Below, one piece after another: positions 17,090 to 25,715 of a DNA stretch of 31,286 bases. Source of the stretch: Candidatus Sumerlaeia bacterium (GTDB lineage Bacteria; Sumerlaeota; Sumerlaeia; SLMS01); NCBI GenBank assembly GCA_038208905.1, contig JBBQYG010000031.1, forward strand, positions 1 to 31,286, written 5' to 3'. Under the pieces are notes generated by a model. It ran no database searches. It was not told the DNA's origin and was given only the letters and a program-made list of their open reading frames with translations. The translations under genes and the position numbers were made by a program. Each line of letters begins with the position of its first letter. Within the stretch, counting starts at the first letter, position 1.

Positions 17090-18670
17090 TTACTCGGCCT
17101 CCGTCGAGTCGTCCAGCCGGACGCCGTCGAAGAAGTACAGCAGTCCCGGGTGCAGCCGATAGCCCTTCACCCGATTGCGGACGCCCAAGTTGATCTGGCC
17201 GTGGAAGGCAAATATCCAAGGCGCGTCCTCCACGATGATCGCCTGCATCTCGCGATACATCTGGTCACGGTCGGCGGGGTCCGGCTTTGTCTTGAAGGCC
17301 TTAAGCAATCTGTCCACCTCCGGATTCGAGTAGAAGGAGGAATTGCTGTAGGAGCGGGTCTTGAACAACGGCTCAAGGAATCCATGGGGCACCTCTCCGC
17401 CAACCCAGCCACCAACGTACATGTCGAAGACGCCTTCCTTGAGAGGAAACTGGGTGCCATCCCGCTGGTTGTATTCGTCGAACCTGTCCCAGTAAACGCC
17501 GTTGTCCAGGATCTTCATGTCCACGTTGATACCAACCTGCTCCAGATAGTCCACCGCGGCGTCGGCGGCAACGCGATAGATGCCGGATTCGTGAGTCCAC
17601 ATGGTGGCCTTCAGGCCGTTGGGGTAACCGGCCTCGGCGAGCAGGGCCTTGGCCCTCGCTGGATCGTAGTCGTACTTGCGCATGTCCTTGTTGAAGGCTG
17701 GCAGCACCGACGGGAAGGGCCCGCGCGCCGGCTCCCCCACGCCAAAGAACATGTACTTTACCATCGCCTCCTTATCGACTGCGTAGTTGGCGGCCTGGCG
17801 AACGCGCACATCGTCGAATGGAGGCTTCTGGGTGTTGAAGCCGATGTACCGGATCGATAGCTGCGGCGTGGTCATGAGCGTCATGTCGCTGGAATTGCGC
17901 GCGACGTTCACCTGCGCGAAGGAGATGTCGGCCATGTCGATCATCCCCTGCTCCAGCAGGATCAGGCGCGTTGTATTCTCGCGCAGCGGGCGGAATTCCA
18001 ACCGCTCGATGTGATAGTTTTCGGCATTCCAGTGACCGGGATACTTGCGCAGCTTGATGGCCACATCGGGGATCCATTCGTCCATCATGAACGGCCCGGT
18101 TCCCACGGGCCTCTGTCCTATACCCTCGCCGCGCTCCTTGAGCGCCGTCGGGCTGGGAATCGACGCGGAGGGCGCCACCAGCTTCTCGGGCAGGATGCAG
18201 TTCGGGCGGATCATCGTGAAGGAAATGGTGTGATCGTCGATCACGTCGATGCGCTCGATGTCCTCGTAGTTCTTGCGCCGCGTGGAAGCGGTGACGGGGT
18301 CCAGGATGCGCTCGAAATGCAATTTCACCGCATCGGCGTTGAACGGCGTCCCATCATGGAAGGCAACGCCCTCTCGCAGTTGGAATATCCAGGTCTTGCA
18401 GTTGTCGGGTGTTTCCCAGGATGTCGCGAGCCGAGGCTGGAGTATCAAATCCTGATTGAAGATGAGAAGAGGCTCCAGAACTTGCTGGATGATGGCGGAT
18501 TCCTGAGCATAGACCTGCCGCGCGGGGTCGAAGGTCTTGAACACCCCCTCGAACCCATAGATCAGCGTCCCTTTCATCTCCTCCGGTGGGCGCCGTGGTT
18601 TGCAGCCGGGCACCAGAAGGAGGAGGGCGAGGAGGGCGGGCAGAATTGTTCGCGAGAGCGGAATCATCAT
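17090..18670 (-). CDS. ABC transporter substrate-binding lipoprotein, SBP family 5 (DppA/OppA)
   Basis: Lipoprotein signal MMIPLSRTILPALLALLLLVPG-C. LATSWE, LREGVAFHDGTPFNADAV, PVGTGPF, FNTQKPPFDDVRVRQA, YDPARAKALLAEAG. The ORF-track start at 18982 is over-extended. Confidence 0.92.
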   Translation of the reverse strand: MMIPLSRTILPALLALLLLVPGCKPRRPPEEMKGTLIYGFEGVFKTFDPARQVYAQESAIIQQVLEPLLIFNQDLILQPRLATSWETPDNCKTWIFQLREGVAFHDGTPFNADAVKLHFERILDPVTASTRRKNYEDIERIDVIDDHTISFTMIRPNCILPEKLVAPSASIPSPTALKERGEGIGQRPVGTGPFMMDEWIPDVAIKLRKYPGHWNAENYHIERLEFRPLRENTTRLILLEQGMIDMADISFAQVNVARNSSDMTLMTTPQLSIRYIGFNTQKPPFDDVRVRQAANYAVDKEAMVKYMFFGVGEPARGPFPSVLPAFNKDMRKYDYDPARAKALLAEAGYPNGLKATMWTHESGIYRVAADAAVDYLEQVGINVDMKILDNGVYWDRFDEYNQRDGTQFPLKEGVFDMYVGGWVGGEVPHGFLEPLFKTRSYSNSSFYSNPEVDRLLKAFKTKPDPADRDQMYREMQAIIVEDAPWIFAFHGQINLGVRNRVKGYRLHPGLLYFFDGVRLDDSTEAE

Positions 18671-18945
18671 TTTCCCGGAGCATTGAGGAACTGCTTGATC
18701 GTGCAAAGACCGGATTTGGACGGGTCGAGCGGGTGAGCGCAATACGCAAGTGACGATGTGGCGTGGCTTGGAGCATAGCCACCGGGTCGAGTCTGCCCAA
18801 GTTTTCGCGGTGACACTTGACGGGATTCCCCTCTGCGTCCCCATACTATTAGCCAGCGAGGGAAGATGGGGAGAAGTGCGGGCTGGACCCCGTACGCAAG
18901 GAGGGCGCTGTGGCGCGCCCGCATGATCAAACGAAAGGCAGACCC

Positions 18946-20868
18946 ATGAAGCCCCCCACCCATAAATACTTTCTCGTGGCATTTTTCGCCGCCATCGCGG
19001 CCGTCTCGCCCCCGCCGCTGCAGGGCGCCACGGTGACCCTCACAAACGGCGATGTTCTTGAGGGAGAGATCGTCCAGCGAAACAGTAGCGGGATCCAGAT
19101 CAAGTCCATCGGCGCCACTCTCACGATCCCCGCCCCGCGGATCAGGTCCATCGAGGAGGGCGGTCCGGGGAGTGTCCAACTGCACCAAGCGGCGGGCGCG
19201 ATCGCAGTAGGCGATATCGACAAGGCCCGTCAGTTCTTGGAGGAGGCCCGCAAGGCCGGCGCCCCGGAGGCAGACTTGGCCGAGTCGGAAAAGGCGATCG
19301 AGCGCCGCCGCGCCGAGGACGAGTTGAAGCAATATACCGCCCTTATTAACGAGGCGCGCGCCGCCATCAAGCAGGGTCAGGATTCACCCGCGCTTGCCCA
19401 GCTTCGCACCTTGCTATCCAAGATGCCCGAGGATAACCCCGCGCGGCCCGAAATCGCAGGCATCGTGTGCGATTTCCATCTCGCCATCGCCGCCTCGTAC
19501 CGCGACCGCATGGACAGTAAGCGCGCCGTGGACGAACTTCGCAAGGCTATCGCGCTCGATCCCAAGCGCGCCCAGCCCTACATCGACATGGCGGACCTCT
19601 ACAAGACATCCAGCGGCACGTGGGATCAGGCAATCATCAACTACCTCAAGGCCCAGGAAGTCCTTGGCGAGGGGATCACCCCCGCGCTTAACGCGCGCAT
19701 CCATTGGGAACTCGGAGAGATCTTCCGCCAGCGCGTCCTCTGGCGCGACGCATCGATCAATTACCGCCTGGCACACCTAGATGATCCGGCGGTCAATCCC
19801 CGACTTGTCGAACGACTTCAGGAGGCGTTCTGGCACTTTGGCACTGAGCTTCAGGCGACGGAACCCGATGTCGCACTCCTCGTCGTCGAGGAGGGACTAT
19901 CCGTCCGCATGAACGCCGACTTACTGCAGCTCAAGGGCACCGTCCTCGCCAAGCTCAAGCGCAACGATGATGCTATCGCCGCTTTGACGCAGCTGGCGGC
20001 GCTCGAGCCGAAGCGGCGCGACACCCACTTCCAGATTGCCCAGTGCCACTTCGGGCTTGGCCAGCTGCTTCAGGGGCGGGAGATGCTTTTGCGCGAGGTG
20101 GAGGTGAACCCCCGCAACTACGACGCCCTCTGCCAACTCGGCGACTTTGCCATCCAGCGCGACGATTACGAAGCCGCCGCGGATTTCTACACCCGCGCCC
20201 AGGCCCTGGACCGCGACAAGCCCCGCGCATCGCTCGGTCTCGGCAAGACCTACCGGGCCCAGAAGAAGCTCGCCGAGGCCCGCATCGCCGTGGACGAGGT
20301 GCTCTCCCGCCTTCCCGAGGACCGCGAAGCCAACCTCGAGATGGGCCGCATCTATCGCGACGAGGACAATCTGGAGGAAGCGCGCGAGTTCTTCACCGAG
20401 GTGCTCCGCCTGATCGAAAACGCGCCTTCCGCGGACCAGGCCGGCCTCGTCCGATTGGGCGCCGACGCCTTGATTGCCCGCGGCGAAATCGCGCTGCTCA
20501 CCGCCGGCCCCGGAACCGCCAACATCGACTTCCGCAAGGCCATCGATGTCCTTCCAGACTATGGACAGGCATTCTTCAGCATCGGACGCGCGTATAGAAA
20601 GAAATACGCGGCCTCCAAGGCGGTCGAGGACCTCAAGGAGGCCGAGACCAACCTCCAGAAAGCCCGAACCCTGGAACCCGAGAATGCGCAGTTTGCCCTC
20701 GAACTCGGAATCCTCTATGCCGAGGAACTCGCCCAGGTGGACAAGGCCAACGAGAAGGAATACAACCAAAAGGCCGTGGAGAACTGGAATGCCTACATCG
20801 AACTCGGCGGCGCCAACGCGCCGCAGGTGAAGGCCTGGCTGGCGGAGATGGCGCCGAGCGGGGGCTGA
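18946..20868 (+). CDS. Exported tetratricopeptide-repeat protein with a small N-terminal beta domain
   Basis: Signal peptide MKPPTHKYFLVAFFAAIAAVSPPPLQG-A, then TVTLTNGDVLEGEIV motif and many TPRs (AIALDPKRAQPY, EVNPRNYDALCQLG, TLEPENAQFALELG). SD GAAAGG at 18933-18938. Confidence 0.85.
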   Translation: MKPPTHKYFLVAFFAAIAAVSPPPLQGATVTLTNGDVLEGEIVQRNSSGIQIKSIGATLTIPAPRIRSIEEGGPGSVQLHQAAGAIAVGDIDKARQFLEEARKAGAPEADLAESEKAIERRRAEDELKQYTALINEARAAIKQGQDSPALAQLRTLLSKMPEDNPARPEIAGIVCDFHLAIAASYRDRMDSKRAVDELRKAIALDPKRAQPYIDMADLYKTSSGTWDQAIINYLKAQEVLGEGITPALNARIHWELGEIFRQRVLWRDASINYRLAHLDDPAVNPRLVERLQEAFWHFGTELQATEPDVALLVVEEGLSVRMNADLLQLKGTVLAKLKRNDDAIAALTQLAALEPKRRDTHFQIAQCHFGLGQLLQGREMLLREVEVNPRNYDALCQLGDFAIQRDDYEAAADFYTRAQALDRDKPRASLGLGKTYRAQKKLAEARIAVDEVLSRLPEDREANLEMGRIYRDEDNLEEAREFFTEVLRLIENAPSADQAGLVRLGADALIARGEIALLTAGPGTANIDFRKAIDVLPDYGQAFFSIGRAYRKKYAASKAVEDLKEAETNLQKARTLEPENAQFALELGILYAEELAQVDKANEKEYNQKAVENWNAYIELGGANAPQVKAWLAEMAPSGG

Positions 20869-20874
20869 CCCCGC

Positions 20875-21609
20875 GTGGAACTCTTTCGCGCGCCCGATAT
20901 CCACCGGCGCCTCTATCCGATGGATGACGAGGAGCGTGCGTTCTTCTCCGCCTTGCCGGTGCTGAGGGGGCGCGTCCTCGACCTGGGATGCGGAGACGGA
21001 TCGCTGGCGGGGTTTCTCGCCGAAGGTGGCGCGGAGCCCGTCGTTGGCATCGACTTATCGCCTACCATGCTGTCCACGGCTCCTACCGCGATTTACCGGG
21101 TTCGCGGCGACATCGCCAATCTCCCAATTCGCAACGAGTCCTTCGACGCGGTGGTGTGTCGGCTCTATGGAATCAGCTACGCCCTTGGCGCTGAAGTCAT
21201 TGGCGGCGGCCGGATCTATTCCATCGGCAGCGAGATTGCACGGGCGACTGTCCCCGGGGGGCGCCTCGTCATGGAGGCGCCCATGGCTCATCGGCCCGCA
21301 TCGCTTGCAGGTGTGCGGGAGACAAGTCTGCTTGATGGTTTGGGTTATTCATTCGACTATCTTGACGTGCTGGCGAAGCTGCCGGAAGGAGTTGTCCTCG
21401 ACACGCGTATTTTGGCTCGCGATCAGGACGCCGAGTGGGAGCTCCGCGCGCCGATCTTCGTGTTCAGCCCCGGTGGAGCGGCCGATTGGCTGTCTCGCGC
21501 GGGATTCTCAGCGCCCACGTTCTGCGCGGCCTACGACCTTTCCACCGAGACGCGGAATCCGCCGTTGGATTGCCTGCGTGCCATCGTCCTATCCACCAAG
21601 CGTCAGTAA
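20875..21609 (+). CDS. Class I SAM-dependent methyltransferase
   Basis: RVLDLGCGDG, VGIDLSPTML, GDIANLP...SFDAVV, PGGRLV. GTG start 6 nt after the TPR gene stop. Confidence 0.85.
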   Translation: MELFRAPDIHRRLYPMDDEERAFFSALPVLRGRVLDLGCGDGSLAGFLAEGGAEPVVGIDLSPTMLSTAPTAIYRVRGDIANLPIRNESFDAVVCRLYGISYALGAEVIGGGRIYSIGSEIARATVPGGRLVMEAPMAHRPASLAGVRETSLLDGLGYSFDYLDVLAKLPEGVVLDTRILARDQDAEWELRAPIFVFSPGGAADWLSRAGFSAPTFCAAYDLSTETRNPPLDCLRAIVLSTKRQ

Positions 21610-21617
21610 GGGACCGA

Positions 21618-23249
21618 TCATGGTATCGGCGGCGGAGGAGCGGCCGTGCCGTCGATCGTGCGGAAGGGGAAATCCGCGCGCGCTAAGTGGGGGAGGGACT
21701 TCGGCGCCGCGCGTGCCGCAAGCCACAGCAGCCCCGCGGGAATCCCCAGAAACAGCAGCAGGCCCAGCAGGTTGGTCGGCATCGATCCTGCATCCTGCCG
21801 CGCCGTCCACGGATTGACTCCGCCTGTATAGACAGACACGGCGGCGCGGAATTGGGGGACGGTCGGCTGAGAGGACAACGTCAGCGCCATGAGGGCGTCG
21901 TCCTGGTTTCCCTGCGAGATTTGCGGATCGTAGATCGACACGGGAAGCGACATCGCAATACTCAGCGCCCCAAGTCCCAGGGCAATACGCCGCGCGATCG
22001 GCGCGAGAGACGGGCGTCGCTCGAACGCCGAGAGCTTTCCCTCCCTCAACAGCTCGCCAATCCCCAGCAACGCAAACGGCAACCCCGGCAGCAGAAACCG
22101 CGGCCCCATTCCCCACCCGCCCCACCACATGTAATACCCCGCGTTGAAGACAAGATAGCTGACGAAGCACCACAGCCCGAGCGCGCCCAGCAGCCAGCGC
22201 TTCCCATACTGCCTCAACCCCAGCGCGCAACCCGCCAGCGCCGCCACCACCACCGGCGACCAGAAGAAAATGCCGCGGAACGGATGCAGCGTCAGGAACC
22301 ACAGCGCGTGGGCCTTGGGCATCGTCGCGCCCATCAGGCCGCGCGACATGCCTTCGCGGAACCGCTCGTTCACCTCGTACTCGTAGGGAAGCGACACGCG
22401 CCCGAAGATCGAATAGCAGTAGGCCGCGAAAAGCCCCACCGGAATCAGGACGCCCACCCAGAAGACGACGGAGAGGATGACGGTTTCCCTGAGGCGACTG
22501 CGCTCGCCCGCCATTTCCGCAAACGCCCGCGAGCCCGCGACGCCGAGCTGATCGAGCAGCCTCATCAGCCAGATCACGCCAATTCCGAACACCGTGAACG
22601 CAAACAGCAAGTCGCACAAGAGCGCGTATCCAAGGAGGAACCCCACCGCCAGGCAGTTGCCGATCGTCAGCCGCCGCGCCGGGGGAAAAAGCGTCAGGAA
22701 CAACGCCCCCAGCGCACAGGCTATCCCGGGGACATAGGGAAAGAACACCGATCCATAGCCGAACCACAGCGTTCCGAAAACCGCCGCCGCCGTGGCCGCG
22801 ATGGCCAGCCGAGGCGGAGTTCCCGTCCGCGCGAGAAGCAGGAAAAAGAGCCCCGCCGCGATCCCGCCGGGAAGGGCCACCGCCCAGGCCTTGGCGAGAA
22901 AATGCGCACCGTGGAAACGGATGCGCTCGCCGGTGATGCGCTGCCCCAGCCAATATGCGGGAAGTGCCAGCAGCGTAACGCCGAAGATCTTGTCGCTATA
23001 GTGCTTCCCGTCGAAGAACGCCTTGTCCTCGGTCTCCATCGGCGGGTCTTCATGATAGCCATCGATGGAAAACGTTCCGCGGTCGGCCACCGCAAACAGC
23101 AGCGCCAATCGCGTGTTCACGTTCCAGCCGGTCGCCGGGTGATACAGGATCGCCATCGGCAGGAAAACGGCGGCGGCCACCATCATCGCCGCGCGCCGAA
23201 GGGCGCGCCACGGGTCGGGGCTGGTGGTGCTTTCCGCGGGAGTGGGCAA
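21618..23249 (-). CDS. Polytopic membrane protein, probable GT-C-superfamily glycosyltransferase
   Basis: First TM followed by the loop NVNTRLALLFAVADRGTFSIDGY...EDKAFFDGKHYSDK, many TM helices, and WWGGWGMGPRFLLP near the C-terminus. This pattern is common in GT-C-like membrane proteins. TTG start is uncertain. Confidence 0.6.
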   Translation of the reverse strand: MPTPAESTTSPDPWRALRRAAMMVAAAVFLPMAILYHPATGWNVNTRLALLFAVADRGTFSIDGYHEDPPMETEDKAFFDGKHYSDKIFGVTLLALPAYWLGQRITGERIRFHGAHFLAKAWAVALPGGIAAGLFFLLLARTGTPPRLAIAATAAAVFGTLWFGYGSVFFPYVPGIACALGALFLTLFPPARRLTIGNCLAVGFLLGYALLCDLLFAFTVFGIGVIWLMRLLDQLGVAGSRAFAEMAGERSRLRETVILSVVFWVGVLIPVGLFAAYCYSIFGRVSLPYEYEVNERFREGMSRGLMGATMPKAHALWFLTLHPFRGIFFWSPVVVAALAGCALGLRQYGKRWLLGALGLWCFVSYLVFNAGYYMWWGGWGMGPRFLLPGLPFALLGIGELLREGKLSAFERRPSLAPIARRIALGLGALSIAMSLPVSIYDPQISQGNQDDALMALTLSSQPTVPQFRAAVSVYTGGVNPWTARQDAGSMPTNLLGLLLFLGIPAGLLWLAARAAPKSLPHLARADFPFRTIDGTAAPPPPIP

Positions 23250-23357
23250 TTAGCGATTAGCGATGGCGCGGGATTCGGATGCGTTGCGACGGGCTACCTG
23301 GCGCCGGATGCCGACGTCACGTGTCCACCATCCGGGTCATCCGTCCTCCGGCGCCAT

Positions 23358-23564
23358 CTACTTCTTGCGGGCCTTGGACTTGGCCACGGGCTTCTTGGCC
23401 TTGGCCTTACCCTTGGCGGCAGAGCGGCCAGCGGGATGCTTCGCCGCGAAGTCCTCCAAGGCGGCGCGCACCACCGCCGCGATGGTCGTTCCCGATGCGA
23501 CGGTCGCGAGCTTCACCTTCTGGTGAAGGTCCCCGCCGATGCGGACAGTCAGCAGCTTCTCCAT
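23358..23564 (-). CDS. Ribbon-helix-helix (Arc/CopG/ParG-like) DNA-binding protein with a Lys/Ala-rich C-terminal tail, 68 aa
   Basis: Beta strand KLLTVRI, helix DLHQKVKLATVASG, turn G-TT, helix IAAVVRAALEDF, then AAKGKAKAKKPVAKSKARKK. Strong SD AAGGAG upstream. Confidence 0.8.
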   Translation of the reverse strand: MEKLLTVRIGGDLHQKVKLATVASGTTIAAVVRAALEDFAAKHPAGRSAAKGKAKAKKPVAKSKARKK

Positions 23565-23619
23565 GCTTTCTTCTCCTTGGCTTGATCGTGAATATATGTA
23601 AAGCGATCTATACCTGCGG

Positions 23620-24210
23620 TCAACCGTTATCGGCCTTCATCGCGTCGTAGCCGTTGTAGCGCGTCATCGCCTTGCCGATGCCCCGCGCCAGAAGTTCCTC
23701 GATCGCGTCGGCGGAAATCTCCGCCATGTGGCGCGCCAGCTCAAGGGCTTCCCCGCGGAGCTTGGCGAGCACATACGCCGCCAAGTCGCCCTTCCAATTC
23801 TCAGGTTCGCAGCCGATCCGCAAGCGGGGAAAGCGATCCCCGCCAAAATGCAGGATCATATTCCTCAGGCCGTTGTGCCCTCCGTGGCTACCGCCCTCGC
23901 GCAGGCGCAGCCGCCCCCAGGGGATCGCCACGTCGTCGCTGATGGCGAGCACGTGCTCGACGGGAATCTTGTAGTAGCGGGCAAACGGCACGATCGCCTC
24001 CCCGCTCAAGTTCATGAATGTGGTCGGCATGATGAGAGCCACCGGATTTCCGGCGATCTCCCCCGTGGCCACCTCGGCGGAGCAAATCCGCGACGCGCCA
24101 AAGACCATCTTGTGCCGCCGCGCCAGCACCCCCACGGCGTCGAACCCCATGTTGTGGGGCGTTTCCGCATAGCGGCTGCCGGGATTGCCGAGTCCTGCGA
24201 TGAGCCACAT
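23620..24210 (-). CDS. pth: Peptidyl-tRNA hydrolase
   Basis: LIAGLGNPG..YAETPHNMGF, PTTFMNLSG, DD, GSHGGHNGLR, FPRLRIG. Confidence 0.96.
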   Translation of the reverse strand: MWLIAGLGNPGSRYAETPHNMGFDAVGVLARRHKMVFGASRICSAEVATGEIAGNPVALIMPTTFMNLSGEAIVPFARYYKIPVEHVLAISDDVAIPWGRLRLREGGSHGGHNGLRNMILHFGGDRFPRLRIGCEPENWKGDLAAYVLAKLRGEALELARHMAEISADAIEELLARGIGKAMTRYNGYDAMKADNG

Positions 24211-24311
24211 GGCGTGGGATAGTCCTTTCGCATCGGCGACGACTGTGTGCAGCGTTTCGGCGCGGGCGGAGGTCTCAAATCCGCCCCCCGATGTCTAGCG
24301 GGGAGTTTGCG

Positions 24312-25667
24312 ATGTCCCTCGATTGGGGCAGTTCAGTGCTCGCAATGGCCGGTCGCGCCGTGACCGCGCGGTTGCGGGCGGCGGGCCACGAGGCATGGTT
24401 TGTGGGCGGCTGCGTACGCGACGCGCTGCTGGGCGTGGAGTTGAAGGACATCGACATCGCCACCTCCGCCACGCCCGGCCAAGTGGGCGCGATCTTCCCC
24501 GATTCGCGCTTCGTCGGCGCCAAGTTCGGTGTCGCCCTCGTCCGCGAACGGGGCCTCGATTTCGAGGTCGCCACCTTTCGCCGCGACGGCGCCTACCTCG
24601 ATCATCGTCGGCCCGCCACCGTCTCCTTCGGTTCCCGGCAGGACGACACCCGCCGACGCGACTTCACGGTCAACGCGCTCTTTGCCGATCCGGTCACCGG
24701 CGAAGTGATCGACGAGGTTGGCGGGCGCGCCGATCTGGACGCGCGACTGATCCGTTGCGTCGGCGACCCGGCGGAACGCATCCGCGAGGACGCCCTGCGG
24801 ATGCTCCGCGCGGTGCGCTTCGCCGCACGATTCGGATTCGAAATCGAGCCCGCGACGATCGCCGCCATTCGCAACCACGCCGAAACCATCGAGTTCATCA
24901 GCCCCGAGCGACAGCGCATCGAGTTGACCGGCATCCTCACGGGACCCCACCCCGGGCGCGGGCTGCAGCTGCTGCACGAGACCGCGCTCCTGCGCTGGGT
25001 ACTTCCCGAGATCGACGCCATGCGCGGGGTGGAGCAGGGCGCCGAGTACCACCCCGAGGGCGATGTCTTCGTCCACACCTGCCTCGTGCTCGACAAGCTG
25101 GAGCCCCGCTCGGCGATCAACGCATGGGCGGCGCTCCTCCACGATGTCGGGAAGCCGCGGACGATTCAGCGCGGCGAGGATGGCGCGATCACCTTCTACA
25201 ATCACCACAACATCGGCGCCGAGATGGCCGAGGCGATCCTTGGGCGGCTGCGTTTTTCAACAGACGAAATCGAGACCATCCGCGACGTGGTCGCGCGCCA
25301 CATGACCTTCCTGAACATCACCCGGATGCGGGCCTCGACCTTCCGCCGGTTTGTCGGCAGCCCCACCATCGACCACGATCTTGCCGTCCACCGGGCGGAT
25401 TGTCTCGGGTCCCTCGGCAGGCTGGACTACTACGAATACACCGTGGAGAAAATGCGCGAACTACAGTCCCAGGCCGGCGGCGCCATGCCGCCGCCGCTCA
25501 TCACCGGCCACGATGTCATGGACCTCGGAATTCCCGCGGGGCCATTAGTGGGGGAGTGGCTCCGCCGCGTTCAGGACCTTCAACTCGAGGGCGAGCTGAC
25601 CACGCGCAAGGCCGCCATCGACTGGCTCCGCGCCCAGAACGGGCTTGAACGCCCCCCCACTTCCTGA
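24312..25667 (+). CDS. cca: CCA tRNA nucleotidyltransferase with HD domain
   Basis: VGGCVRDALLG..KDIDIAT, EVATFR, RRDFTVNA, EDALRMLRAVRF, HPEGDVFVHT, ALLHDVGKP. ATG 24312 has SD GGGGAG. The family also contains poly(A) polymerases, so the exact activity is not proven. Confidence 0.88.
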   Translation: MSLDWGSSVLAMAGRAVTARLRAAGHEAWFVGGCVRDALLGVELKDIDIATSATPGQVGAIFPDSRFVGAKFGVALVRERGLDFEVATFRRDGAYLDHRRPATVSFGSRQDDTRRRDFTVNALFADPVTGEVIDEVGGRADLDARLIRCVGDPAERIREDALRMLRAVRFAARFGFEIEPATIAAIRNHAETIEFISPERQRIELTGILTGPHPGRGLQLLHETALLRWVLPEIDAMRGVEQGAEYHPEGDVFVHTCLVLDKLEPRSAINAWAALLHDVGKPRTIQRGEDGAITFYNHHNIGAEMAEAILGRLRFSTDEIETIRDVVARHMTFLNITRMRASTFRRFVGSPTIDHDLAVHRADCLGSLGRLDYYEYTVEKMRELQSQAGGAMPPPLITGHDVMDLGIPAGPLVGEWLRRVQDLQLEGELTTRKAAIDWLRAQNGLERPPTS

Positions 25668-25715
25668 GACAAACCCCCCGCCGCGCCCAATTCTCCGCCA
25701 ACGGAACACGCCCCC

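Noticed and set aside
18817..18849. TTGACG with CATACT/TACTAT as a promoter for the TPR gene
   Set aside because: Spacing is 19-21 nt, outside the usual 16-18. Possible, but not supportable from sequence alone.
18671..18982. N-terminal extension of the ABC substrate-binding protein
   Set aside because: The lipoprotein signal peptide begins at 18670/18667, and the extension would overlap the divergent gene.
23276..23310. gcgttgcgacggg resembles the 5' core of an SAH riboswitch
   Set aside because: It lacks the GAGGAG prefix and the GCCAGGCUC and pseudoknot segments, and it is on the strand opposite to the flanking genes.
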